Below, piece by piece: positions 1 to 18,640 of a stretch of DNA of 64,000 nt. The translations under genes were made by a program, and so were the position numbers. Within the stretch, counting starts at the first letter, position 1. Each line of letters begins with the position of its first letter. This stretch comes from the human T2T-CHM13v2.0 reference genome, Homo sapiens, in NCBI RefSeq assembly GCF_009914755.1, contig NC_060939.1, one strand, 5' to 3'. The notes under the pieces are model-generated. The model was not told where the DNA came from. It made no database searches and was given only the letters and a program-made list of their open reading frames with translations.

Positions 1-31
1 CACAGAGCGTCTTGGAACCAACCATGTAGAC

Positions 32-287
32 CAGAGGCTGGCAAACTGCAGCTTGCAGGTCAAATCCAGCCCAGAATTTGTTTTTCTATAGGACACAAGC
101 TAAGGTTAGTTTTTATATCTTAAAACTGTTTTAAAAAGTTTTGTGCATATTACATATTGTATATGGCTACTTTTACAAAACAATGATAGAACTGAGAAGT
201 AGCAGATAGTTACAACAGTCTAAATGGCCTGCAGAGCCTAAACGATTTTCTGTCTTGTCCTTTACAGTAAGAGCTTGCTGATCCCTA
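32..287 (+). mobile_element. MER58-family hAT-Charlie MITE, full length
   Basis: Ends CAGAGGCTGGCAAAC...GCTTGCTGATCCCTA resemble MER58 TIRs. Internal 'atggcctgcagagcctaaacg...cctttacag' matches. Exact 8-bp TSD ATGTAGAC at 24-31 and 288-295. Confidence 0.9.
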
Positions 288-539
288 ATGTAGACCACTC
301 TAGAAACAAACTTGGTGGACTGATGACTTAGGACAGGATAGGCTACCCATATCTGTGAAGATTCTGGAATCAAGACCCCAACATTACTGAAGAGAAGATT
401 ATCACCTTTGGCAGGTTGAGATCTAGATAGCATAGTTAATTTTATTATGCATCAGAGTTTGTGACTGAGATTCATATCCATGAAACAGGTTGAGATAATA
501 CAGGCTCTAGAAAGTCTTCCTGTCAACAGACATATTAAA

Positions 540-640
540 CTAGTGTTTTCCAAAGCTACTCACCCATGATTTCTTTTGTTATACCTATTAATGTCTCATG
601 AAAGTACTTTTCTAAGGAACACACTTTGGAAAATGCAGCT
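540..640 (-). mobile_element. hAT-Charlie MITE fragment (MER103-like)
   Basis: 'tagtgttttccaaag...acctattaatgtctcatg...ggaacacactttggaaaatgc' resembles MER103C termini. Confidence 0.5.
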
Positions 641-735
641 GTAGTCCAACCTTCTCATTTTACAGGGGAAAAGGCTAAGAATCAAAGGCTGGTAACTTGG
701 ACAATGTCATACAACTGGTAAATAGAACCTGCTTC
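641..735 (-). mobile_element. MIR fragment
   Basis: 'tagtccaaccttctcattttacaggggaaaaggctaag...aacttggacaatgtcatacaactggta' is MIR core, antisense. Confidence 0.6.
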
Positions 736-796
736 CCCTAGTATATTTTTAAACCTCTACAAATCATTTTGATTTAATCAATCAAAAATCTCTCAA

Positions 797-1085
797 GGTG
801 GGGAGAAGGAGAGATTGGTCAAGAGGCACAAAGTTACAGTTAGGAGGAATAAGTTCTCTGTTCTATTGCATAGTAGGGTGACTACAGTTAACAATAATGT
901 ATATATCAAAACAGCTAGAAGAGAGGATTTTGAATGCTCTCACCACAAGAAATGATAAATGTTTGAGATGATGGATTTGCTAATTACCCCGATTTGATCA
1001 TTATACAATGCATACATATATTGAAATATTATTATGCATCCCATAAATATATACAATTAGGATATGTCAGTTAAAATAAAAAATA
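797..1085 (+). mobile_element. L1MA-type 3' end
   Basis: 'ggtcaagaggcacaaagttacagttaggaggaataagttc...gaggattttgaatg...taattaccccgatttgatcattatac' ending in an A-rich tail with AATAAA. Confidence 0.85.
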
Positions 1086-1879
1086 TCTATCAAAATCAGA
1101 TATTTGAAAAATGCAATAGTGATTTTTGGAGTGATTTGACTGGGTTTTTGACTGGCAAATCAAATCTATGTGGTTTTCATGGAATGTATCAAAACTCACA
1201 AGCAGCAGGACTTAGATTCCGCATTTTGCAACTTTTTAAAAACGATTTTGGATAAAATGATTAATCAATCCAATGTAAAACATAGTTCTGCAAAACAATA
1301 CATTGGATTGAATTTTGATGGAATTGACCTTCTGCTTCAATTATCAGGCCAATTCAAATTGTGTCTAGAGAACAGTCCAAAATAATTTTTGAGAGTAAAC
1401 ACAAAACTTTTTGTAAAGTGAGGAAAAAATCAAATTTTCTGATCAAGTGGAAAGATGTAGATTTAGTCAATCTCTGCCTTCAAAGTGGTCCCTTTGCTGA
1501 AATTGGCAAATTGGTTACTTTCATCAGTTTCAGCCTCTGTCAATTTCAGCAGCATGGAATAGTCACACAGGCACATCAATTTCAGCCCTAGAAGCTTGTC
1601 TCTTTTGAAACTGACAGAAAGTAAAAAGAAGGAAAGCCAAAGTGTCAGGTTCTCTGGAGGCTTTGGGAAGCGCTTGATACTGAGTGACCTCTTTAGCAGG
1701 CCTGGCTTTCCAGGACCCTGTCACTGCTGGCATGATGCATTGGCTCCATACCAAGTTGCTGTCCCTGGGATCCTGTAATGAAGGCTGTTCCAATGGGGCC
1801 ACATATCCTCAAACTTAGGTCTTAAAGTCAAGTAGAGTTCAGAGTCAAATTGGCATAGTACAAAGTGAGATGGTTTCAG

Positions 1880-2145
1880 AATTTGAAATGAAGGTTCTGA
1901 GGCCACCACTTAACAGGCAGTGAAATCATTTAACGTTTTGAGGCTCTTTTATGATCTATAAAATGGAGTTGGTGATATCTGTGCTACTTACTAATGATAA
2001 TAATAATGGTTAGCATGTATTGAGCACAGTATTTTTCATGCATTATCTTAATCTTTGATCAACCTAATATAATTTTAGAAGAGGAAACTAAGGGACAGAG
2101 AGGTTAAGTAATTACCTGTGTGACATGGCTAGTAAGTGCTCACTC
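1880..2145. mobile_element. Two adjacent MIR fragments in opposite orientations
   Basis: 'tctataaaatggagttggtgat' (+), then 'tattgagcac...gaggaaactaagggacagagaggttaagtaatt' (-). Confidence 0.6.
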
Positions 2146-2303
2146 AAAGATTTAATAAGGTTTAAGTAAAATAATATTAAGTCATTCTGGAAACTATGAG
2201 GTGCTGTGAAGTTTAGATGTTGTTATCATTGGTAGCACAATTCCCACCAGATTCATAGTATCCACTGTTTTACTTCAACACTTAAAATATGTTATCACTA
2301 CTT

Positions 2304-2363
2304 GCCTGTGAATAGCCACTGCGCTCAAACCTGGGCAACACAGCAGGACCCTGTCTCTTAAAA
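2304..2363 (+). mobile_element. 5'-truncated FAM/7SL-derived retrocopy (3' end only)
   Basis: GCCTGTGAATAGCCACTGCGCTCAAACCTGGGCAACACAGCAGGACCCTGTCTCTTAAAA. The GCCTGTGAATAGCCACTGC segment is typical of 7SL/FAM rather than standard dimeric Alu. Confidence 0.8.
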
Positions 2364-2914
2364 CATGGGTTATCATTGTATAATCCTATGTAGTCAATAC
2401 ACTCATATTTGATTTAAGTAGGGACGTGAATAAGAGTGATCTGATCTGAATAAAATGTCCTGCAGTATAAAATGTGGATGTTCATTCCAAACATATGTGA
2501 TAAGAACCACAAGACATCCAAGGATAATTTTAAACTTTCTGGGTATGGTCTCTGAATAGGCTAAAACCCACTCCAGTCTGACTAAAATATTCTGATTTCC
2601 ATCATCTCTTTATGAAATTGATTTCAAGACCAAGGCTGTAAATACCTGGCTATTGTCTTTGAACTGCCAAATGTCCTTGGATGCCATTCAATGATATCTA
2701 TCCTATCATTGTCAACTTAGATGTATTTTCTTCCTCTTCCTTTTCTCTTCTTCCTCCTTAAAAAATGTAGAATTTGTTTAGGCATCTCAAGGAGTTGAAG
2801 GCTTTTATAGAGGGTGCTAAAGAAGACATGCAAAAATAGAGAGATGCTGAAGATTGTTCCTCATCCTTTGGGTCCTCCCTTGGTCTCTTTCCTTTTTTTT
2901 TTTTTTCTCACTTT

Positions 2915-3190
2915 ATTCATCTTCTTCCTTTATTCTTTTTTTTCTTTCCACAAATATTTACTGAGCTTTTACCAGGGGACCAGTATTTTGCTAAGTGCTG
3001 AGTATACAATGGTAAGCAAGATATATACATCTTTTTCCTCTTCATGTCAGAATTTAGTGGGGTTTGACAGATATTAAATGAAAAGTATTTATTCATGACA
3101 AGGTAATAAGTGCTATGCAGAAAAAATACAGGATTTTTTGAGGTAGAATAACATGTCCCTTATTTATATTAGGGGATGAGGAAGGCTAGA
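2915..3190 (-). mobile_element. L2 3' end fragment
   Basis: 'caaatatttactgagc...tgctaagtgctgagtatacaatggtaagcaagat...gtaataagtgctatgcagaaaaaata'. Confidence 0.7.
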
Positions 3191-4034
3191 TTTGAGTCCT
3201 TAGATTGCTAACATTCCTTTGATGTGTACGTAATTTCCAACGTTTTAACATAAATGCCAATCCATGCTCATCTTTCCTTTGATAACTAAACATCATGAGT
3301 GGGATAGCTAGCCCTGGCTTTTCAATTCAGATTGGAAAATGGAAAGAAAGCAAAAAGTCTATCATTTCTTAATCCAGTTGTCTTGGTTGTCTTAGCCAAA
3401 GCTAATAAACAATTTGGCAATTCAGTTAGTTTATTGGACAAAGATATGGAAAGAGCTAATCTTATCAACTGTACACATTTTATTTTAACCTGTTTCTATT
3501 TCAGTCTCATTTTGAGTTTTCACAGGTGACTGTGTGCAGAACTGGAACATAAGCTCAAGATTAAAAAGGAAAGAAAAAAATGGGAAGATAAAAAGAAAAA
3601 AAAGATAGGAAACCAGCCTGACACATGACAAAGCCTCAGAGTATCTGAGTTTACCACATTTAATGTGTTATGTCTGTCTAAACTGACCCTCCAATTCACG
3701 TGGCTGCTTCATAATTTGGCTTTTTTTTTTCTCTGAAAGCAGAGAGGTGAGCATTCTCTCAGGCCTTTCCAAGTCTCATTTGTTTGAAAGCTAATTTGTT
3801 ACCTTGAGAATTCTCCTCATCAGTGTCCCCATCCATCGCCCACACTGAGAGCTTGTGGCCCTTGGTCACAATAATGTATTCATAGCAGCTGTAGTCAAAT
3901 AATTTATTCATGGACTGAAATCACTAATCCCAGTTTGGGGTGGAGAAGTGTTTACTTGGTCACTCACACTCTGTTAAGCTGAGGCATTGAAGGGAGAGTC
4001 GCTCACAGCTGTCCTTCCCAATACAACTTTTGGA

Positions 4035-4280
4035 GCCGTGCATTGTAAGCCATTTTATCAAAGAGCCACTGGTAGCAGTCTGTGAGGACATATTGGGAAT
4101 CAGCTAATGGACAGAAAGTACCTGCTCCGACACATTAATTCCCTTCCCTGTCAGCCTGCATCATTGTAGAGCGTACATGATGGGAAGCAAGGTCCCGTCA
4201 CACCACAGCACCTGCTGCTTCTCCATCTGCCAGGCACAATAGCTCCTTTGATTGCCCATTTTTCAGCCTAATGGCTTATT
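4035..4280. promoter_or_regulatory. Candidate developmental enhancer (SOX/TCF-LEF/homeobox/E-box cluster)
   Basis: Motifs read directly from a repeat-free stretch; function inferred only. Confidence 0.4.
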
Positions 4281-6156
4281 TCTTTTCTCTTTGTAAAGTT
4301 TTTACATTTTTTATTGTGATTTTAATAGTCATTTAAAAAATGTCCTCATCCCTGTTGAGCACACCAAGGATGTTGATAAAAGAATAACATAAATAATATT
4401 CTAAACCATGCCCAAATTGAGATCACTCCAAGAGCTGCATTTCACTGTTTAGTCTGATAAAGTTGTCATGGCGATAATGTCCCCTGAGAATAAAAATGCC
4501 ATGTGCATGGTCGATGAAAGGAAATCGCTCAGATGGCACACAAACTGGTAAATATTGAGCCTACGGATGATTATGCTGGCCATATTTTTTTTTTGTTTTG
4601 CTTTTGTTTTCTGTCCAGCTTTTTTCTTTTTTTTAGGTATGCTATGCTCAGTTATTGGCAAAAGAGTCTGATAATTCACGTCTCTCTCACTCTCTCTTTA
4701 GTTGAAGATTTATATTGTTAAAATCCCTTGGAATAAATATTGGCAGAGCTCCCAAACTGGCCTTTGGATTCTGTCTAAAGCTGCTGATTTGGCTGGATTA
4801 GTCAAAGCAGCAGATCATTATTACCTATTGAACATCTGTCAAAAATGGCACTAACAATTATCAGATGCATTTTCTATCATGAATATTTGGATTTGAGTGA
4901 CTTGAGAAGAACTTTCTACAAATCCAGGTCGATAGTACTATATATTTTTACTCAAGACAATAAAAATGATAACCCTCTTAATGTGAGGATAAAATGATAG
5001 GCCTGCTCTATTTGGGTAATTTAAATGAAGATAGGTTGAAGTTACAACTTATTGAAGGGTAAGAGCCAACCCATCTTTTTTAGTCTCAGGCAAATGGAGA
5101 GGCAAATGGGTTATTTAGGGAAGGAAATGTGAGCCCTGGTGTTAAATGGAATATGGATTTTTTTCTCTGTAGAGAGTGTGATAAATTATCTGTAGAAGGG
5201 AATGTCTTGTGATCTATATGTTTATATGTGACACTCTATTGATGAAGTGAAACAGCAGGATGCTGGAATACACGGTAGGAACATCTCACAGGCTATGGAA
5301 ATGGGAAGAAAAATAGCATACAAATGTCTGTGAGAGAAATATGAAAAAACACTTTTGAAAATACTTATTTGTGTAGATATGTGTTACGGACCAAAACGTT
5401 CTGATCTATTAACCATGCACCAGAGAATTAATCCTGTCACTATGAACCTATCTAAGCCGTGTGGTCATAAAGTCCAGTAAGATGCCAGACACTGTCAGTC
5501 AGGGCTTAGAAGTAAGCTGGAATATAGCACCCATACCTGTGGACAAAACAACAACAATCGACACCTCAAAGTCTCTCTAAAGCTTCCGACCTTGAAATCA
5601 AAGAATTTCTGAAAAAAGATGTTAAAATGGCCAAAGAGATGGGAGAACCTAGTGCAACCAAAGGGATAATTGTTCATTTTGTAAATATTTACTCTTTAGC
5701 GGCTGAGTTTTTAGACACTAGACTAGATGCTGTAAGAAGAGGCAGAAAGGAATACAACTTTACCTTAACCCGAAAGAGGTTTACGCTTAAACAGAGAAAA
5801 GCCTTATATATACCTAAAGAACCCATGGGATTAAATGAAGGAGCTGGAAACAGAAATGCTGTTTGTGTTGAGCTAACTCCAAGTTTCTTAGAGTAGAGCA
5901 GTCAGTGATAATGACCTGTCACATAGGTTTTGCCAATCTAAGCTGCATCTGCCCTGGGCTAGAGGTGGCAAGGTATGGTTGAGCGAAAACTTGAACAGTG
6001 TGAAGAGTCAAAGGCTGAGAAGGGATGTGATAAAAATTTATAAAAAGTGGAGTGAGTGAGCACAAACATTTTTCTCAAATGGAGAAATGGGGAAGTGCTA
6101 GAAATAGGAAGGTTTCCTTTGAGCAATACATTAACACCCCCTCAAATAAAATAAAA

Positions 6157-6201
6157 GAAGGAAAGGAGGGAATGAGGGAAGGGGAGGGAGGGAGGGAGGA
6201 G
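6157..6201 (+). repeat. GA-rich purine tract with (GGGA)n G-quadruplex motif
   Basis: GGGGAGGGAGGGAGGG at 6181-6196. Confidence 0.8.
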
Positions 6202-6377
6202 AAAAATTTTGCTTTCCATTTTTCCAGTCTTATGGAACTAGTTACTCCAAGTTGGTATGAGTTGGTTATGTTGTAAGTCTGAAAATTATAAAAGTGTCTG
6301 CATAAATTCATGGATGGTGGATGGCAGGTCCACATGCATTATTGAGACAATATAAGGTACAGAGGGGTAGGATACTC

Positions 6378-6555
6378 TAGTGCAAAAAGCACTGGTTTGA
6401 GAGTCAGAAAATTTAGGATTGAATCTGCCTTCATCAGCAACTGTTTTGTCTGACTTTGAGCAAGTTACTTTACCTTAGTTTTCTCATCTGCAGAAAAGGA
6501 GATGACCTGTCTATTTTACAGGATGATTAAAGGGGGCAATGGACGTAAAAGACTT
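6378..6555 (+). mobile_element. MIR
   Basis: 'agcactggtttgagagtcagaaaatttaggattgaatc...tgactttgagcaagttacttt...ttttctcatctgcagaaaagg'. Confidence 0.75.
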
Positions 6556-7872
6556 AATAAACTTCTCATTAGCAAACACACATGCCTTGAGACTGAATAT
6601 AGAAAGTTCGACATTATCTTCCCACCAAACTAGTCCTGTTACCTTGCCTTTTAAAGCCCACTCTTAAATTTATAAACAGTGCTTTTGGTGAAGAGTAGAG
6701 GGCATGCAAAATGGACATCAAGGTATTTCTCATACCTAACCATAGTGTAGTACTGCCCCCTGGCCCTCGTTTTGACTCCAAGCATCAGTGAAAATTAATG
6801 TCCTATGCAGTGACTTAGGTACAAGACCAGCAGAGGGAAGAGTACTCAGCCCCAGTCCTTTATATGCAGGAAGCAGGCAGGCTTTGTGTCTATAAGGAGA
6901 CTTGGATAGATTGCAAGTCCATGCAAAGATTTCTCTTCTGGTTTTCGTTATTTTAAAAGGCAACTTACCTATGTAGAACAATTTGACAAGGTCATATATT
7001 ATATCAAGATAAAATAATATTTTATAGTTCAGTTATCCTGAACTACAGACAAGAACTAAAATGATCTCTAATGGACAAAAATAGCTGTGTCCTTACTGTA
7101 GAGCTGTGATGGAGAGCTGCTGGCTTGACAGCTCCAGGTGGTTTCAGATGCATGACAGCTAATGACTTCTCAGCTCCACCCCTTTCAGGTGACGGAGCAG
7201 TAAAAGGCAGTGACTGAGATGCTTCTGACTAGGGTCATCCAGGAATAGCAGCTGCATTTATGCCATTAATTATTTAAAAGAGAATGGTAAAAGACTCTGC
7301 CCCTCATAGCTACTCTTATTTGTTCTTTGACAAATGGAAAAGAGAGGAATTTATTTTTTCCCCTAAGGATCTGTGCATTCCCTTGGTGTGCAGCTGTATA
7401 TGAAGGTGGTATTAAATAGGTCCGAGTACAATACCCTTGAGAACCATTGGCTTTTCCCCAAATAGGTTATTCTATAACCAAATGTTCCATTTGATCATTG
7501 AATTAAAATGTTTATCTGGTTGCCTAAAGAGATTTTATAGAAATTCATTGATTTGTCTTGCTTCAGATGATAGACACTTAGAGTTTGGTTAGCTGGCTAC
7601 CACCAAAGTCCAGTGTCTGGTGAAAGATCAGTAGTTTAAGCTATGGTCAAGCAAGTACCTTCAGTCTGCTTAGCTGTAAGTGAACTCCAAATTGAGCTAG
7701 CTAGATTTCTGGACAGTATTTACAGTATTTTTGTTTCAGAAATTTGACAACAATTAAGGGATTAAAGAGATGTGATAAATTTGTTCTTCCATGGGACTTC
7801 AAGCCAATTCCTGCTATCAATTAGGCAAAAGAGCCAACTGCTCAGGGCTTACTCTAATGGGGGAAGCTACTG

Positions 7873-7943
7873 TTTTCTCTTTCTCCTTTTCTTTTCTTTC
7901 TTTTCTTTCTTTCTTCTTTTTTTTCTTTTTCTTTTTTTTTTTT
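7873..7943 (+). repeat. 71-nt pure pyrimidine (CTTT/T) low-complexity tract
   Basis: Read directly; no purine between 7873 and 7943. Confidence 0.9.
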
Positions 7944-9234
7944 GCCTAGGAGGGGTAGTTAGTTCAGTGAGTAGGTATGTTTTGTGGGAATCTGAATGAG
8001 GGACTACATCCTCATCCTGAAATCAAATCCTTATTCTCCTACATTTTTTTTTCTGTAGCATCGTTTTTGGGGATGTTCTCCTGCAGTCCTCACTCCCTAG
8101 ATGAGTTAAAGATATGCCCCCTATACTTGTCTTCAGTGTAAACAGTTTGCAACTGATTCGTAAAGGTTAGCCTGGAGTTGAACTACATCATAGAGAAAAC
8201 CTCAGAATTTCAAAACTTCTGATAAGTGTAGAAATACCATGCTAAAGCATGAAAGATGGGTGCTCATAGGTTAGCTAGGCTGAGAATTGTGAATAGATGA
8301 ATGGCATTGAATGCTTAGAACTTGAGAGCCAAAATTAAGTACAAAAAGTACATTAAAAACAGGTTCGAGCAAATATTGGTAATTTTAATACAAAGCACCA
8401 AAAGATAAAGGCCAAAAATGGAAGTTTCAAGAAGGGAAAATCTAGTGGAGTCTGCGTTGGTCTAAAAACTTACAGAGAAGGTGAAGTTTGTGCCAATCCT
8501 GGAAGGACAGAAGTGTGGAGAGGAGCCAGTAAGAAAAGCACGGCACAGCCCTTGGGGTGGTGGAGAGGTTCTGTGCATGTATTTGGAATCAGTGAATAAG
8601 CCAAGCTGTTTTCAGAGTTAGGAAGCATTAAGGAACATAGCATGATTTCAGGCAGGTGGGTAGGGAGAACAACCTGGTTACTCGGGGTAGAATTCATTAA
8701 TGATGGGGAAGGAGGAATGGAGGCAGGAGGTATTACAAAAGATGAACTGTCAGACTTGCCAAGATAAGTGGTTGGTTGTGGGCCGCAAGGAGCAGGAACT
8801 TTCAAGAACAACATTTCATGGGATGCTAGTGGAGTTATTTACCCTTCAGTTATGGAGCAGGAGCATGTAGCATCCTTGATCCTCAGAAGGGCTACTCAGA
8901 GGTGCTACTAATAAATTTGCTATTCTTCTAAACATTTTATGGTGGCTAGAAAATAAATGCTTTTTTAAAAAACATCAGATTTAGTGACATCATGTAATAT
9001 AACTATAGAATGAACTAAAACAATATTTTACTTTGTCATCATAAAATTAATGTATTATATGAAATTTGTAAAACAGGAAAAATAGATCAAGGGAAAATTC
9101 CCATTTGGCCTTACCCCTTAATTGATTTTTTTCTTTTGGGCATTTTGGCAAATTTCTTCAGTCTTTCCTCTTTGTCTATTTGGGTTATGTAATTGTATTT
9201 CTATTGTATATACAATTTTCTATACAGGCTTTAA

Positions 9235-9743
<509 letters not shown>

Positions 9744-9869
9744 TTAAACTATACTTATTTTAATTAAGTATTAAATACTCATAATATTCATGGTCTTTTG
9801 AAGGTTTTAAAGGATAGTAATAACTCAAAGAATATGTACCTACCATCCTGACTAGGAGATACTGTAGGA

Positions 9870-16430
<6,561 letters not shown>

Positions 16431-16439
16431 CCCAGGTAT

Positions 16440-18210
16440 TTTAACATGGATACTTAAAAAAAATCGAAGGCTAACGAGTGTTTTTAACTCTTTCCCCAAT
16501 AAGAAGACATTAGAATGCTTCAGATCTAGTCGATCTTCTCTCAAATTATATGCTATTGTTGCCAGTAGTTGGTTTGATTTTTCTTTAATTTGAAAAGGAG
16601 ATGTCATTTTATACAATCAGTATTTGTTCTGATTTAGCTACATACTTACAGAAATACTTGCCTACCATTTCTTTCCATATTGGAGGCTTTTCATTTGCTG
16701 TAACTTTGACATGAAGCTCACCTTTGAGAATTATGTTTAGTAAAACCTGTTGGTAGTCAATTCTGTTACTTTCTGTTAACCTGGGTATGTTATTTTTACT
16801 TCCTATTCTTGAAAGATAATTTAAAGACATATTTTATTGTTGGTTGAGAATTATTTTCACTCAGCATTTTAAAGATACCATTTGTCTTCTGTTGTTTATT
16901 ACTTATATAGAAAAATCACACAATAAGGCTGTTTACAGTGCCTTTGTAGAAATGTCTTTACTTTCTAGCTGATTTACAGATCCTCTCTTTGCCTTTGAAG
17001 TTTTTCAGTTTCACTATGATTTATATCTAGAAAAGGAATTCTTTTTACTTATGTTGCCTGGGATTTTTTGAACTTCCCAAAGGTGAGGATCACTGTTTAT
17101 TTAAAAGTTATGAGAACTTTCGGTCATTATTTCTGAAACTATTTCTTGTTCCAAATTCTCTTTATTATTTCCTTCTGAAACTTTAATTAGACATACATTA
17201 GAAATTCTCACTCTGTCTTCGGTGTCTCTTAATCCCTTTCCACATTTTCTACTTTTATTACTCTATTGCATTTTGCATAATTCATTCAGGTCTGTATTCT
17301 ATTTCACTGATTTTTTTCCCCTTAGTCACATCTGATCAGTTATCCCATCCACTGGAGTTTTCATTTTTGTGATTACATTTTTATTTCTGGAAATTTCAAT
17401 TTAGTTATAGTCACATCTGTTTAGATGACTTGTATTATTTTTTTCTTTCTTGCTTATATTTTTAAGCTTCTTTTTTTCTTTGGATATGTTAGCATTCTTT
17501 TTGTATATTTTGTTTGATAATATCTTAATTCCTTGCAAGATTGAGTCTGAAGTTAGTTGTTTCTGGTTGGAAATTCCTCATGATATTTTGTGATATTTTG
17601 CTGTAAGTGCATATTCCTTGAATCTTTATTTGTAGAAATTGTCTAAGAATTGGTTTGAGATTGAGTCCCTTCAGAGAAGGGTTTTTCTTTGCTTCTCATG
17701 TTGACTGGTGTATTGCCAGTTCATAACTCAAATAACTTCTGACCATAAACCTGTGTGAAAACTGGCTTGTGGTTATATATTTTGAAGGGAGATTTATTTA
17801 TCCTCATCTTGCTGTTTACTTTTCTGCAGAATGAGTCTGTTTCTCATTTACTCTTACACTGAGATAAGAGTGTAGACCTCTGGGATTACAGATTAATGTT
17901 GGAATCTCCCATTAGATTCTCTTCCATCAGTGGGTCATAGGCTGTATCTCCTGTCTCCCATACTCTGTGACCCTGGGCAGCTCTTAAATCAGAAGCTCAA
18001 GGTCACCAGGATTTGGCAGATGCAATTAGAGTAAATGCTGGGCTACATGCTGGCTTACTTAGCAGGGATTGCCTCTTTTACTTGTTTTTGGTATCTGAAG
18101 AATCATTAAAATTAAAAAAGAATATTTAGACTTTTTGTTGTTTTCAGTGATTACTGAATGGTTATCGAGGAGGTCTGTTGCACTATACTGCCAGAATCAA
18201 AAGTCAAATC
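16440..18210 (-). mobile_element. HAL1 / L1ME ORF1-type ancient element
   Basis: T-rich antisense ORF1-like text ('ttcttgaaagataat...cagcattttaaagatacc...ttcactatgattt...attagacatacattagaaattctcactctgtc') ending 'actatactgccagaatcaaaagtc', as in HAL1-type 5' ends. Confidence 0.65.
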
Positions 18211-18299
18211 AGAAGTCAGCTTTAAAAAAAATTACTGAACATCATATCAAAAGTATTTCACATAAGATTCGTGAGCATTACAGTAACAAGTTGAAGTAC

Positions 18300-18640
18300 T
18301 TAACAATTCCCTCAGAGTTATATATTTTTTGCATTTATTTACTATTTTTAAGTCCTGCTATAAACACATTTTTAAATAATGCTCTTTATATGTTTAAAGT
18401 TATTTTCATAGGATAAATTGCTTGTGTAACATGGCCAAAAGAGATGCATGTTTTTATGTCTGTTGATATACTTCACAAAAGTGCTTTTCTAAAGGGTTCT
18501 ACCAATTTACATGATCATCAATAAAAATGACAGTGCTCTGTAGCCTCATCAATAGTTGATGTTATTGTTAATATTTTATATTTGCTAATTTGATAAGGAA
18601 TTGTCTTTGAAAACAAAAATGTATCTTTGTTGTCTCAAAA
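18300..18640 (-). mobile_element. L1ME-type 3' fragment
   Basis: 'ttttcataggataaattg...ggccaaaagagatgcatg...aagggttctaccaatttacat...tttgctaatttgataag'. Confidence 0.6.
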
